DNA from: Lachnospiraceae bacterium
GTDB taxonomy: Bacteria > Bacillota_I > Bacilli_A > RFN20 > CAG-826
Reading direction: 5' to 3'
Length of the DNA stretch: 64,000 nt
Assembly (NCBI GenBank): GCA_963654425.1
Contig: CAVKAR010000003.1
Span: 7,372 to 71,371, forward strand
Below the pieces are notes generated by a model that saw only the letters and a program-made list of their open reading frames with translations, ran no database searches and was not told where the DNA came from. The position numbers and the translations under genes were made by a program. This document shows, one piece after another, positions 1 through 10,206 of this stretch. Numbering within the stretch: the first letter of the stretch is position 1; each line of letters starts with the position of its first letter.

Positions 1-1240
1 TCTGATCTATCCCGTTTTCGCTCAAGGATGAATCGTTGGAGAGGTCAGCGTCTTTGAAAACGATCTCAAAGCGGGCTTCGAGCAATAAATCGGCTAGGCT
101 CTTGGTGAGCTCTTTCTCGATGGATTTGGCTATCTTCCGGCGGACGCTTGAAAGGTCTTTGCCTTTTTCTAGGGCCTTCGTTAAGGCGATACCCATGTCT
201 TCTTTCTTTTTCGCTATTTCCCCTTCGTAGTTTTCCCCGTCTTTTAATAACGAGGCCAATTCATCGCGGTAAGATAAGAGCTCTTCGTAGCTTTTGCGGT
301 ATTTTCTCTTCAAGGAGGCTATTTCGTTTTCGCGCTCCTCGAGCTGCGTTAGCCTTGAAGGGTCGTAATCATCTTGTCCGAACTCTTTTTTGAGGGAAGA
401 GCAATAATCGAGGATTTCATAATACAGATCGTCGAGCTTTTTCTGCGTCTCTTTATATTGGCTCTGATATGACGATAACTTCCCGAGCGCCTTGTTCAAG
501 TCGTAATAGCTATCGAGGAAAGATCCATCGATGATGCCTTTGGCTTCCTCTTCAAGAGAACGGATTTTGTCGTAATTCCGGAGCAAAGAGAGCTCATCGG
601 CGATTTCCTTTTCTTCGTTCCCCTTTAGCTCCAGAGATGAAAGCTCTTTGTATTGGTATTCATAGAAATCGCGGCTTTCGTTGAGTTTATTCTGCTTTTC
701 GATAGCCTCCTCATATTCCTGCTTTTTCTTTCGGTAGTCGGAGTAGGCCTCCAGATATTCTTTTTTATATGAGGATAATAGTTCCCGGGAGAAACCATCG
801 ATGATCGAGAGATAGTTATCGGGGTTGAGGATTTTCGCAAAATCAAGCTGGTTGTGGATATCGGCGATATATGGGGCAAAACGCTCCAAATCGGCCAGAG
901 TCGCGGCAACGCCGTTTATCTTGATGAGATTGCGCGTCCTGCCGATGCTTCTTTCGATAGTGATCGCCCCTTCTTTCCACGGGATGTCGCTTTTGCCTAG
1001 AAGAGCCTCCAACACTTTGCTCTCTAAGACGAATTCGCCTTTGATGACGGCTTTCTCCTCCCCTTGGCGGATTAATTCAGTCGAGGCGCGGGCGCCAAGG
1101 AGCAAGGAGAGCGAATCGATGACGAGGCTTTTCCCAGCACCTGTTTCGCCCGTTAGAACGCTGAAACCATCGGAGAAGGATATATCGATATTCTCGATGA
1201 TCGCTAGATTTTTGATGGATAAGCTTTTTAACACCCCCAT
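1..1240 (-). CDS. recN: DNA repair protein RecN, N-terminal part (3' end runs off the window start)
   Basis: Absent from the ORF track because it is truncated. Hand translation from the ATG (complement of 1238-1240) gives MGVLKSLSIKNLAIIENIDISFSDGFSVLTGETGAGKSLVIDSLSLLLGARAS, the RecN/SMC-type Walker A N-terminus. The same frame is still open at 91-2 (DLLLEARFEIVFKDADLS...). I checked the frame only at both ends. Confidence 0.85.
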   Translation of the reverse strand, partial: MGVLKSLSIKNLAIIENIDISFSDGFSVLTGETGAGKSLVIDSLSLLLGARASTELIRQGEEKAVIKGEFVLESKVLEALLGKSDIPWKEGAITIERSIGRTRNLIKINGVAATLADLERFAPYIADIHNQLDFAKILNPDNYLSIIDGFSRELLSSYKKEYLEAYSDYRKKKQEYEEAIEKQNKLNESRDFYEYQYKELSSLELKGNEEKEIADELSLLRNYDKIRSLEEEAKGIIDGSFLDSYYDLNKALGKLSSYQSQYKETQKKLDDLYYEILDYCSSLKKEFGQDDYDPSRLTQLEERENEIASLKRKYRKSYEELLSYRDELASLLKDGENYEGEIAKKKEDMGIALTKALEKGKDLSSVRRKIAKSIEKELTKSLADLLLEARFEIVFKDADLSNDSSLSENGIDQ

Positions 1241-1271
1241 AGTATACCCTAGAAAGAGCGGAAAAGTGCTC

Positions 1272-1310
1272 TTTACGATTTTGTTACAAATCTGTTTCTG
1301 CTCATTGATT
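1272..1310 (+). promoter_or_regulatory. Pho-box-like direct repeats upstream of pstS
   Basis: Four hexamers at an exact 11-bp period: TTTACG (1272), GTTACA (1283), GTTTCT (1294), TTGATT (1305). They resemble the TT(A/T)ACA PhoP boxes of Bacillus. A TATTAA(T) -10-like element follows at ~1334. The cognate response regulator and histidine kinase are encoded in the same operon. Confidence 0.4.
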
Positions 1311-1363
1311 TCGCCTATTTCTTTATGGGGCGATATTAATGGCGCAACAGAAAAGAGAAACAA

Positions 1364-2224
1364 ATGAAAAAAATCAAATTGCTCATGGGAGCATTGAGCG
1401 TTCTAGCGCTCACCTCGTGCACCGAAGCCTCCTTCGATGCCAGCAAGTCGATCGTCGTCGTCGTCAGGGAAGATGGGAGCGGCACCAAAAGCGCCTTCTT
1501 GGAAATCCTTGGGCTAAAAGGGGCGAAAGACCCATCCGGCGCCCTTACCGCCAATAGCACTTCCGCCGTCTTGACGAAAGTATCCACCAACCAATACGCC
1601 TTGGCCTACGACTCCTTGGGATACGTCGATTCGACTGTCAAAATCGTGAAGGTCGATAATGTCGAGCCAACAAGCAACAGCATCAAAGACGGAAGCTACG
1701 CCTTATCGCGCCCCCTCAACGTCATTTATAAAGCAGCGGCGCTTGAAGATGAGGTTTACAAAGATTACTACGATTATCTCTCCTCGAAAGAAGTCCAGGA
1801 TTTGGCATCCTCTGAAGGCTATGTCTCCATCCTTGACTCAACGAAGGAATATACGACCCCTGCTTTCAGCGAAAGCAAGAAAATCACCATCTCCGGCTCG
1901 ACTTCCCTCCAGCCATTGATGCTTAAGATCGCCTCTAAATACATGGAGCACCAAAAGAATGTCACCGTCGAAGTGAGCGGCGGGGGCTCTGGGACTGGCT
2001 ATAACAACGCCGAGAACGGCGTCTCGAATTTCGGGATGATCTCCGAGGAATTCAATTCGAGCAAAGCCGCGAGCTGCAGCTATTTCACAGTCTGCAAAGA
2101 CGGCATCGCCCTTATCGCGAACCTCAAAAACCCAGTCGAAAGCATCAGCAAGGCGAATCTTGCCACGATCTATAATCCAGAGGCAACTACACCTATTACG
2201 AGCTGGTCTAGCTTAATCGCATGA
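1364..2224 (+). CDS. pstS: Phosphate ABC transporter substrate-binding lipoprotein PstS
   Basis: Signal peptide with lipobox LALTSC, a PBP-type motif ISGSTSLQP, and a position upstream of pstCAB. Confidence 0.9.
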   Translation: MKKIKLLMGALSVLALTSCTEASFDASKSIVVVVREDGSGTKSAFLEILGLKGAKDPSGALTANSTSAVLTKVSTNQYALAYDSLGYVDSTVKIVKVDNVEPTSNSIKDGSYALSRPLNVIYKAAALEDEVYKDYYDYLSSKEVQDLASSEGYVSILDSTKEYTTPAFSESKKITISGSTSLQPLMLKIASKYMEHQKNVTVEVSGGGSGTGYNNAENGVSNFGMISEEFNSSKAASCSYFTVCKDGIALIANLKNPVESISKANLATIYNPEATTPITSWSSLIA

Positions 2225-3108
2225 TGAGCAACGCGATTAAAAGAGAAAGAGCGAAAGAGAATACGGCGAAGTACACCTTCGCCTTTTCCGCGTTTTTGTC
2301 TTTGGGCGCTTTAGTGGCGATCGTCGTCTTTCTCTTTGCTTATGGCTCTCCTTTCCTTTTCAGATACGGCGTGGGTAATTTCCTTTTCGGGATGGACTGG
2401 GCGCCTCTTTCCTCAACTCCCTCTTTCGGCGTTTTCCCGATGATCGTGACGACTTTTTATGTAACGGCCCTATCTTCCGTTATCGGATGCGGCATCGGGC
2501 TATTCGTCGCCATTGCTCTTTTCGCTTTTGTTAATAAGCGCCTCGTGAAGGGGCTGCGCGCCCTCATTGATTTGCTCGCCGGGATACCGTCGGTCATCTT
2601 CGGCTTATTCGGAATGATGGTGATTGTGCCTTTTATTCAGAATAATCTGTCATCAAACGGAATCGGGGATGGCGTTTTAGCCGCCTCCATCATCCTTTCC
2701 ATCATGATTCTTCCGACGATGGTCGGCGTTAGCCTAGACGCCTTGAATTCGGTCGATAGGGCGTATTACGAAGGGGCTTTGTCTTTGGGCTCAAGCAAGC
2801 CGCAGGCCGTTTTCAAAGTGATGGTGCCAGCCGCCAAAAGGGGGATTCTCGCCGCCGTTGTTTTATCGACTGGCCGCGCTTTAGGAGAGACGATGGCCGT
2901 CATTATGGTGATTGGCGGATCGCCACAGATGCCAATCACTTTGACTACTCCAGCCCGAACTTTGACCGCGAATATCGCTCTTGGCGCGATGGAGCTCAAT
3001 GTCGTGCCTGATGCGATGAGCGCCTTATTTTGCTCTGGGGTTATCCTCTTTTTGCTCTCCTTGCTCCTCAATATCGTTTTCTCCTTGCTTGAGAAGGAGG
3101 TTATCTGA
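2221..3108 (+). CDS. pstC: Phosphate ABC transporter permease PstC
   Basis: Polytopic membrane protein with the EAA-type loop (GALSLGSSKPQAVFKVMVPAAKRGI). The ATG overlaps the pstS stop (ATGA). Confidence 0.9.
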   Translation: MMSNAIKRERAKENTAKYTFAFSAFLSLGALVAIVVFLFAYGSPFLFRYGVGNFLFGMDWAPLSSTPSFGVFPMIVTTFYVTALSSVIGCGIGLFVAIALFAFVNKRLVKGLRALIDLLAGIPSVIFGLFGMMVIVPFIQNNLSSNGIGDGVLAASIILSIMILPTMVGVSLDALNSVDRAYYEGALSLGSSKPQAVFKVMVPAAKRGILAAVVLSTGRALGETMAVIMVIGGSPQMPITLTTPARTLTANIALGAMELNVVPDAMSALFCSGVILFLLSLLLNIVFSLLEKEVI

Positions 3109-3950
3109 TGTTTCTCTCATCCAAAGGCGATAAACGCTTCTTCTCCTCTTTGAAGGGGCTCTCTCTCTTTTGCTTAGGTGTATCCCTTCTTGCCTTATTA
3201 GGCATCATCGTCTTCATTTTCATTCAGGGAGGGAGCGGCTTATCCATCCAGTTCCTCTTTGGCAAATACGGGGATGAGATTTCTATCCTCCCAGCAATTA
3301 TTGGCACTTTTCGCCTTATTTTGATTTCGCTTGCCATTGGCTTGCCGCTTGGAGTAGCGACCTCTTTGTATCTTGTGGAATACGCAAAAGGGGAAGGGAG
3401 AGTCAAAAAGATCATCCGCTTATCGATCGAGACTCTTTCTTCGATCCCTTCGATCGTATACGGCTTATTCGGGTATCTCGTTTTCGTCATCAGCTTAGGC
3501 TGGGGTTACTCCTTGCTCGGAGGCGGGCTCACCCTTTCCATCATGATCCTTCCGACGATCGTCAAAAACGTCGAGGAGGCCTTGAAGGAAGTCCCGAATT
3601 CTTTGCGTGAGGCCTCTTTGGCCCTTGGCGCGAGCAAAGTCAGGACTATTTTCCGCGTCGTTCTCCCAAGCGCCATTCCAGGCATCGTGACCTCAATCGT
3701 CTTATCGATCGGGCGCGTAGTAAGCGAATCGGCGATGCTGCTACTTACGATTGGGATGGTCGTCAATATCTCTCCGTCAACCCTTATGGGAGCGGGCACC
3801 TCTTTAGCCCTCGATATCTATTACTTCGCCTCCTTTGGCTACACCAAGGAAGCGGGAGCCGCCTCTTTGGTTCTGCTCGTTATCGTCTTGCTTCTCAATC
3901 TGCTCGCTTACTCTCTCTCATCATTTTTCGAAAGGAGGAAAAATGGATAA
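3108..3950 (+). CDS. pstA: Phosphate ABC transporter permease PstA
   Basis: Paralogous permease ([26 protein letters not shown]) lying between pstC and pstB. Confidence 0.9.
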   Translation: MFLSSKGDKRFFSSLKGLSLFCLGVSLLALLGIIVFIFIQGGSGLSIQFLFGKYGDEISILPAIIGTFRLILISLAIGLPLGVATSLYLVEYAKGEGRVKKIIRLSIETLSSIPSIVYGLFGYLVFVISLGWGYSLLGGGLTLSIMILPTIVKNVEEALKEVPNSLREASLALGASKVRTIFRVVLPSAIPGIVTSIVLSIGRVVSESAMLLLTIGMVVNISPSTLMGAGTSLALDIYYFASFGYTKEAGAASLVLLVIVLLLNLLAYSLSSFFERRKNG

Positions 3951-4704
3951 TCAACCTATAATCCAAAGTTCGTCGCTGCATCTATTCTACGGCGAAAAAG
4001 AAGCCCTCAAAGGCATCGATTTGAAGATCGAGAAGGGCAAAATCCATGCTCTCATCGGTCCATCTGGCTGCGGAAAGAGCACTTTCTTGCGCTCGCTTAA
4101 CCGCATGAATGACCTTATCCCGAACTGCCGGATCGAAGGGCATGTTCTTTTCAAGGGCGAGGACATATACGAGAAAAACGTTGACGTGAATGCCTTAAGG
4201 AAAAAGGTTGGGATGGTTTTTCAAAAGCCCAATCCCTTCCCGATGAGCATTTTCGACAATATCGCTTATGCTCCTAGGACATTCGGCATCCGCGACAAAA
4301 AGAGGCTCAACGAAATCGTGGAAAATAGCCTCAAGAGAGCCTTTCTCTTCGACGAGGTCAAAGACTCGCTCCATAAAAGCGCTTTGTCTTTATCGGGCGG
4401 ACAGCAGCAGCGCCTTTGCATCGCTCGCGCCTTATCCGCCGAGCCGGAAGTGCTTCTGATGGATGAGCCAACAAGCGCCCTTGACCCTATTTCGACTGCC
4501 AAAATCGAGGAGTTGATGACTGTTTTAAAAGATGATGTCACCATCGTCATCGTCACCCACAATATGCAGCAGGCTAGCCGTGTGGCCGATACAACATCCT
4601 TCTTCTTGCTGGGGGAACTCGTTGAAACGGCACCGACGGAAAGGCTATTCTCGTATCCATCCGACAAACGGACGGAAAATTACATCACAGGGAGGTTCGG
4701 ATAG
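3943..4704 (+). CDS. pstB: Phosphate import ATP-binding protein PstB
   Basis: The ORF track starts at 3835, but an SD (AAAGGAGG) precedes the ATG at 3943 ([17 protein letters not shown]). Motifs: Walker [10 protein letters not shown], signature LSGGQQQR, Walker [12 protein letters not shown]. Confidence 0.95.
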   Translation: MDNQPIIQSSSLHLFYGEKEALKGIDLKIEKGKIHALIGPSGCGKSTFLRSLNRMNDLIPNCRIEGHVLFKGEDIYEKNVDVNALRKKVGMVFQKPNPFPMSIFDNIAYAPRTFGIRDKKRLNEIVENSLKRAFLFDEVKDSLHKSALSLSGGQQQRLCIARALSAEPEVLLMDEPTSALDPISTAKIEELMTVLKDDVTIVIVTHNMQQASRVADTTSFFLLGELVETAPTERLFSYPSDKRTENYITGRFG

Positions 4705-4705
4705 A

Positions 4706-5353
4706 ATGGAAAATCGTTTCGAAAGAGAAATCGCGGAAATTAAAAACAAACTGATCGAGATGGGGAAACTCGCATCTCTATCAGTCAATAAGGCCTTATC
4801 GGCCCTCACGGAAAAAGATTGCGCTTTGGCTCAGACGGTGATTGAAGAAGACAAGCGCATCGATAATCTCATGAAAGATATCGAAAATGGCTGTTTCAGG
4901 ATCCTGCTGCTCGACCAGCCCGTGGCCAAAGATTTCAGGACAGTCGGAAGCGCCCTCAAGATGATCACCGATTTAGAGCGCATCGGCGATTACAGCGTCG
5001 ACATCGCGGAAGAAGTCATTTCTTTCCCCGATGAGCCTTATATCAAAGCCTTGATCGATCTCCCGAAGATGGGAGAATGCGTTTCCTCGATGGTGGAAAA
5101 GGCCGTTGGCTCTTTCATCAAAGAAGACGTTGCGGAGGCCCGCTCTTTGGAAAAAGACGACGATAGAGTCGATGATTATTACGATAGGATCAAAAAGGAT
5201 CTGCTAATTTTGATAAAGAAGGATGAGAGTAACGCTGAGCAGTCTATAATATTCATGATGATTGCCAAATATCTTGAGAGAATCGGCGACCACGCCGTGA
5301 ATGTCGGCGAATGGGTTGATTACTCTTCGACTGGCACGCATCTAGATTCCTGA
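4706..5353 (+). CDS. phoU: Phosphate signalling complex protein PhoU
   Basis: Start trimmed to the ATG at 4706 (MENRFEREIAEIKNKL), just after the pstB stop. Two PhoU repeats end in ERIGDY / ERIGDHAVN. Confidence 0.9.
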   Translation: MENRFEREIAEIKNKLIEMGKLASLSVNKALSALTEKDCALAQTVIEEDKRIDNLMKDIENGCFRILLLDQPVAKDFRTVGSALKMITDLERIGDYSVDIAEEVISFPDEPYIKALIDLPKMGECVSSMVEKAVGSFIKEDVAEARSLEKDDDRVDDYYDRIKKDLLILIKKDESNAEQSIIFMMIAKYLERIGDHAVNVGEWVDYSSTGTHLDS

Positions 5354-5355
5354 CC

Positions 5356-6018
5356 ATGAACAAACTCATTTATTGTCTTGATGATGAAGAGGGCATCCGC
5401 TCGTTATATGAGGAAGCCTTGCCTTTGGGTGGTTTCTCTTGCTCTAGCTTCGCGGACGCCTCCTCTTTCTACAAGGCTTTAAAGGAGAAAAAGCCCGACC
5501 TCGCGATTCTCGATATAATGCTTCCCGATACGAACGGGATAGACATCATCAAAATGATGAAAAAAGGGGAATTCGCCTCCATCCCCGTTATTTTCGTTTC
5601 CGCCAAGGGAAGCGAGACGGATAAAGTAAGGGGGCTTAATGAAGGGGCCGACGATTATTTAAGCAAGCCCTTTGGCGTGATGGAGCTAATTGCAAGAATC
5701 AACGCGAATCTGCGGAAGAGCGCCAAGGAAGAAGCCAGCTCATACAAAGAGCTCGCCGTCAATTCCTCGCTTCACGAAATCAAGATGGGCGAGGAGACTC
5801 TCGAACTGAGCAACAAGGAATACGAGCTTCTCTCCTATCTTATCTCCCACCCCCTTTCCCTTCATAGCAAAGATGAATTATTGAAAGAAATATGGGGGAT
5901 TGACGCGGATATCGAGACGCGGACGCTCGATATGTTCGTTTCGCGGATCAGAAAGAAAATCGCTTCCTCAAGCGCGAATATCGAGACTATCAGAGGCATA
6001 GGCTACATCTTGAAATGA
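5356..6018 (+). CDS. phoP: OmpR/PhoB-family response regulator (PhoP-like by context)
   Basis: Receiver domain (DLAILDIMLPDTNG) plus a winged-helix C-terminus (RTLDMFVSRIRKK...IRGIGY). It lies directly downstream of pst-phoU. Confidence 0.8.
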   Translation: MNKLIYCLDDEEGIRSLYEEALPLGGFSCSSFADASSFYKALKEKKPDLAILDIMLPDTNGIDIIKMMKKGEFASIPVIFVSAKGSETDKVRGLNEGADDYLSKPFGVMELIARINANLRKSAKEEASSYKELAVNSSLHEIKMGEETLELSNKEYELLSYLISHPLSLHSKDELLKEIWGIDADIETRTLDMFVSRIRKKIASSSANIETIRGIGYILK

Positions 6019-7631
6019 AGAAGAAACTCGTTTTTTGGAATTCCGTCATCCTCACCCTTGCCCTCCTTTTCACTTGCTCCTTTGGCGTCTATTTCGCCCG
6101 CAACAGCCTTTTGGAAGAAGCCGAAAGCCACCTCATTTCTTTGAACCATGCCTATAAAAACGCCTTCTCTGGCGATTATTCGTCTTTGAAGGTGGAAGAT
6201 GAAGGAATACGCGAGACCATCCTTGATGAAGAAGGGACTGTCTTATGGGATTCGAAAGAGGAGGCGAGTTCCCTCTCTTCCCATAAAGACAGAGAGGAAT
6301 TCATCGCGGCCATGGAAGAGAAACCGAAAGTCGTTATCCGCTCCTCTTCCACTCTTGGGGTCGAGTCTCTATATTATGCCGAAAGCAAGCTCATCGAAGC
6401 GAAAACTTATGTGATCAGGGTGGCGATGGAGACTTCCTCCCTCACGCGTTTCCTCTCTGGCTATATCCCGTGGATGATTCTCATCTTTCTCCTTTCTTTG
6501 ACGTGTTCCGTTTTCGCCATCGTTTACGTTTCTTCGCGCTCTTTGTCCCCTTTGAAGGAAATCGAGAGCGATTTGGCCAAGATCAAGAAAGGCGAGAAAA
6601 TAAGCGATCGCTCCTATCCTCATGATGAGCTAGGGCGCATTTACCAAGACATCAATGATATTTCCTTGAGCCTTTCCTCGCTTTTGGAGGAAAGGAAAGC
6701 GGAGGAAGAGAAACTCTCGTTGGTTCTCTCGAGCATCCCTAATCCCCTTCTGGTCTTGGAAGGCAAGCGCGTCGTTTTCGTGAATGAGCTCGGGAAAGAC
6801 GTCTTCTCGATCGCCGGGGAAGAAGTGAGCGACTCTTTCTCTTTTGCCGACAACGAGATTTTCACCGATTACGCCCAAAAGAAAACTTACCTGGTGAATA
6901 AAACGACCTCGGGCCCCTTCTCTTTGTATGTTTCTAGCGACATCACCGTTCAGGCGGAGAATGAAAAAAGGCGCAAAGAATTCGTGGATGCGGCAAGCCA
7001 TGAGCTCAAGACCCCTCTCACGAGCATCAAAGGCTTCAATGAGCTCATCGCGATGAGCGGCGAGGACCCTAAGATAAAGGAATACTCGTCGAAGATTTCC
7101 GAAGCGACTTCAAGGATGCTCTCTTTGATCGGCGATATGCTCTCTCTTAGCGCCCTAGAAGAGGGGAAGGAGGAAAAAGAGGCAACGGAAATCGATCTCT
7201 TGCCCCTTTCTAACTCCATCAAGGAAGAGCTTGCGCCTTTAGCGAAGGAAAAGAACGTCTCCTTATCCATTGAAGGCGAATGCAAAATGAAGATAAACGA
7301 GGCCGATGCGCGCCTCATCATCAAGAATCTATGGGAGAATGCCATCCTTTATAATGTCGACGGCGGGAGCGCATCGCTTATCTTATCCCCTTGCAAAATC
7401 GAGGTGAAAGACACGGGAATCGGCATTTCGAAGAAAGACCAGGACCGTGTTTTCGAGCGTTTTTACCGCGTTGATAAATCGCGTAGCCGCCTTAATGGCG
7501 GAACCGGATTGGGCTTATCGATCGTCAAACACGCCGCAAGCAAATACGGCGGGAGCATCCTTTTGAGCTCCGTGCCTGGATACGGGACTGACATCGTCAT
7601 TTCCTTCCCTCTTGAGCAAAAAGCAAGTTAG
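6015..7631 (+). CDS. phoR: Sensor histidine kinase (PhoR-like by context)
   Basis: N-terminal TM, extracytoplasmic segment, second TM, H-box ASHELKTPLTSI, and an HATPase (DTGIGISKKDQDRVFERFYRVD...GTGLGLSIV). Overlaps the response regulator gene by 4 nt. Confidence 0.8.
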   Translation: MKKKLVFWNSVILTLALLFTCSFGVYFARNSLLEEAESHLISLNHAYKNAFSGDYSSLKVEDEGIRETILDEEGTVLWDSKEEASSLSSHKDREEFIAAMEEKPKVVIRSSSTLGVESLYYAESKLIEAKTYVIRVAMETSSLTRFLSGYIPWMILIFLLSLTCSVFAIVYVSSRSLSPLKEIESDLAKIKKGEKISDRSYPHDELGRIYQDINDISLSLSSLLEERKAEEEKLSLVLSSIPNPLLVLEGKRVVFVNELGKDVFSIAGEEVSDSFSFADNEIFTDYAQKKTYLVNKTTSGPFSLYVSSDITVQAENEKRRKEFVDAASHELKTPLTSIKGFNELIAMSGEDPKIKEYSSKISEATSRMLSLIGDMLSLSALEEGKEEKEATEIDLLPLSNSIKEELAPLAKEKNVSLSIEGECKMKINEADARLIIKNLWENAILYNVDGGSASLILSPCKIEVKDTGIGISKKDQDRVFERFYRVDKSRSRLNGGTGLGLSIVKHAASKYGGSILLSSVPGYGTDIVISFPLEQKAS

Positions 7632-7713
7632 ATACCACTAACAAGATTGGGAAAAGGGGCTATAATGTGCATTGCGCCTTTTCGGCGCATAGCTAGAAAA
7701 GAGGATTGTTTTT

Positions 7714-9171
7714 ATGCCATGCACAACGATTTTAGTGGGGAAGAAGGCCTCCAATAACGGCAGTACTTTCATCGCGAGGAACGATGATTCCCCAAGCGGC
7801 GTCTTCCGTGCCAAAAAGATGGCGGTGATAGTCTCTAAAGAGGAGGATAGAACGTATCGCTCGAAAAAGAGCCATGTCGAAATCGCGCTTCCTAGGAAAT
7901 CCTTCCGTTACACCTTGATGCCGAATGTCGATCCAGAAGAAGGCATTTGGGGAGCAGCTGGCATCAACGAAAAGAATGTGGCGATGACCGCTACGGAGAC
8001 CATCACGAGCAATCCGCTCGTTTTAGGCGCTGACCCATATGTGGAATATGATGAAGCTACAGGCAAAGCCGGCGGCATTGGGGAAGAGGATCTCCTATCG
8101 CTTGTTTTGCCTTACGTTTCTTCTGCGAGAGAAGGCGTCATTAGGCTGGGGAGATTGCTTGAGGAGTATGGCACCTATGAGCCTAACGGCATCGCTTTCT
8201 CAGACAAGGACGAGATATGGTGGCTGGAGAGTGTTGGCGGGCACCATTGGATCGCGAAAAAAGTCCCCGATGAGAAGGTGGTCATCATGCCTAATCAATT
8301 CGGCATGGATGAATTTGATTTCGCTGATGCTTATGGAAAAGGAGAAATGAATCTTTGCTCTTCCGACTTGAAGAAGTTCGTGGATAGCAATCGCCTATAT
8401 TGCGGAAAGAGCGATAACTTCAACCCGCGTTTGGCCTTTGGGAGCCATAGCGATAGCGATCACGTCTATAACACGCCAAGAGCCTGGTACATGGGTCGTT
8501 GTCTTTGCCCAAAATCCATGAATTGGGACGGGAAAAGCGGTGGATATTCGCCAGAGAGCGATGATATACCGTGGTCTTATCTGCCCGAAAGGAAAATCAC
8601 GGTCGAGGATGTCAAATACCTCCTCTCTTCCCATTATCAAGGCACGGAAATCGATCCTTACGCGAAAGGCGATTCCCCTAAAAAGAACATGTATCGCTCA
8701 ATCGGGGTGAACCGCACTTCCTTCTTGGCGCTTTTAGAGATCAGGAACGATGTCCCTGAAGAGATTTCCGCGATTGAATGGGTCTCCTTCGGCTCGAATG
8801 TCTTCAACGCCTTCGTACCGCTTTACGCAAGCGTTGATGATTTGCCTCCCTATTTCAAAGATACGACTTTGGCTGTCTCGACCGATAATTTCTATTGGGC
8901 GAGCCGCCTCATCGGGGCTTTGAGCGATTCGCATTTCTATGCGACCTCCATTCACATCGAACGTTATCAAAATGCCGTGGCTAACGCCTCACGCGCTTTG
9001 CTTAATCGTTACGATGAACTTTATAAGACTCGCAAGGACCGCAAGATTTTGGAAAAAGCCAATGAGGAGCTTGCCGCTTTGGCGAAGGAAGAGACGGACA
9101 AAGCCTTGGATAAAGTGCTTTATACGGTCTCTTGCCTCATGAAGAATGGCTTTGCCCGCTCTGACAATTAG
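7714..9171 (+). CDS. C69-family dipeptidase (PepD/dipeptidase A type)
   Basis: The N-terminus MPCTTILVGKKASNNGSTFIARNDD, with a Cys nucleophile right after the initiator region, is typical of peptidase C69. Confidence 0.85.
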   Translation: MPCTTILVGKKASNNGSTFIARNDDSPSGVFRAKKMAVIVSKEEDRTYRSKKSHVEIALPRKSFRYTLMPNVDPEEGIWGAAGINEKNVAMTATETITSNPLVLGADPYVEYDEATGKAGGIGEEDLLSLVLPYVSSAREGVIRLGRLLEEYGTYEPNGIAFSDKDEIWWLESVGGHHWIAKKVPDEKVVIMPNQFGMDEFDFADAYGKGEMNLCSSDLKKFVDSNRLYCGKSDNFNPRLAFGSHSDSDHVYNTPRAWYMGRCLCPKSMNWDGKSGGYSPESDDIPWSYLPERKITVEDVKYLLSSHYQGTEIDPYAKGDSPKKNMYRSIGVNRTSFLALLEIRNDVPEEISAIEWVSFGSNVFNAFVPLYASVDDLPPYFKDTTLAVSTDNFYWASRLIGALSDSHFYATSIHIERYQNAVANASRALLNRYDELYKTRKDRKILEKANEELAALAKEETDKALDKVLYTVSCLMKNGFARSDN

Positions 9172-9236
9172 AGAGCGTAAGGTAAGAAGGTCCGCACTCT
9201 ATCCGCTATAATGGAGGCAGGAAGAGAGGCAAACAA

Positions 9237-10178
9237 ATGGTCAATATCAAAAAAGCCGCCATCATCGGCTGCGGGTTCGTCGGAAGCTCCATCGCCTTCG
9301 CCTTGATGCAAAAAGGTCAATTCAACGAACTCGTTTTGCTCGACAACAACAAAGAGAAAGCGATAGGGGAAGCGATGGATTTATCGCATGGGCTCCCTTA
9401 TACCTATTCAATGGATATCCATGCCGGAAGCTATGAAGAGCTCAAGGATGCTTCCGTTATCATCATCACGGCCGGGGCTGCGCAGAAAGAAGGCCAGACA
9501 AGGCTTGATTTGATAAAGACGAACGCAAAAATCATGCGCTCGATCATCGCTGAGCTTAAGCGCGTGGAAGTCGAGGGCATATTGCTTATCGTAGCCAACC
9601 CTGTCGATGTCTTGACTCACATCGCCGCAACTGAAAGCGGGTTCCCGAAAAATCGCGTCTTCGGGAGTGGCACGGTTCTCGATACGGCGCGTCTCAAATA
9701 TCTTCTTTCCAAGCATCTATCGGTGGACGCCAAAAACGTTCACGCTGTCATTATCGGAGAGCACGGCGATAGCGAAACGGCTATCTGGAGCGGGGCGAAT
9801 GTGAGCGGCGTGCCTCTTAATGATTTCTGCGCCTTGCGCGGTTATAGCGATCACGATGGCGGGATGAAGAGGATTCAGGATGATGTGGTCAATTCCGCTT
9901 ATCGCATCATCGAGAAAAAAGGCGCCACTTATTACGGGATCGCCTTAAGCGTTTCCCATATCGTCTCCTGCATCGTCAATAACACGAATACGATGCTTCC
10001 GGTTTCAGTTGAGCTAGACGGAACATATGGTTTATCCGGCTTAGCCTTATCGATTCCCTCTTTAGTGGGAAGAGATGGCATCAGCAAGATCCTTGAGCTC
10101 CCTTTGACGGAAAAAGAGAGAGAAAAGCTCTACGCTTCCGCTGAATCTCTGAAAGAAGTCATCAAGCAAATCGAATAA
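9237..10178 (+). CDS. ldh: L-lactate dehydrogenase
   Basis: Rossmann motif IIGCGFVGSS, ITAGAAQKEGQTRLDL, active-site region IGEHGDSE, and a length of 313 aa. Confidence 0.9.
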   Translation: MVNIKKAAIIGCGFVGSSIAFALMQKGQFNELVLLDNNKEKAIGEAMDLSHGLPYTYSMDIHAGSYEELKDASVIIITAGAAQKEGQTRLDLIKTNAKIMRSIIAELKRVEVEGILLIVANPVDVLTHIAATESGFPKNRVFGSGTVLDTARLKYLLSKHLSVDAKNVHAVIIGEHGDSETAIWSGANVSGVPLNDFCALRGYSDHDGGMKRIQDDVVNSAYRIIEKKGATYYGIALSVSHIVSCIVNNTNTMLPVSVELDGTYGLSGLALSIPSLVGRDGISKILELPLTEKEREKLYASAESLKEVIKQIE

Positions 10179-10206
10179 AGGCAAAAACCTTGCAAAAAGC
10201 GTCTAT

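Noticed and set aside
825-1367. Plus-strand ORF of 180 aa at the start of the window.
   Set aside because: It is antisense to the clearly recognisable recN N-terminus (Walker A GETGAGKS on the minus strand), and its translation has no protein-like features.
3835-3942. 5' extensions of track ORFs. Examples: 3835 for pstB, 4532 for phoU, 22230 for sufS, 58608 for pepF, 18722 and 20694 for the lipoproteins, 30715 for ribU, 31564 for the small membrane protein.
   Set aside because: The extensions overlap the preceding gene in another frame and lack family similarity. Internal ATGs with good SD sequences give canonical N-termini.
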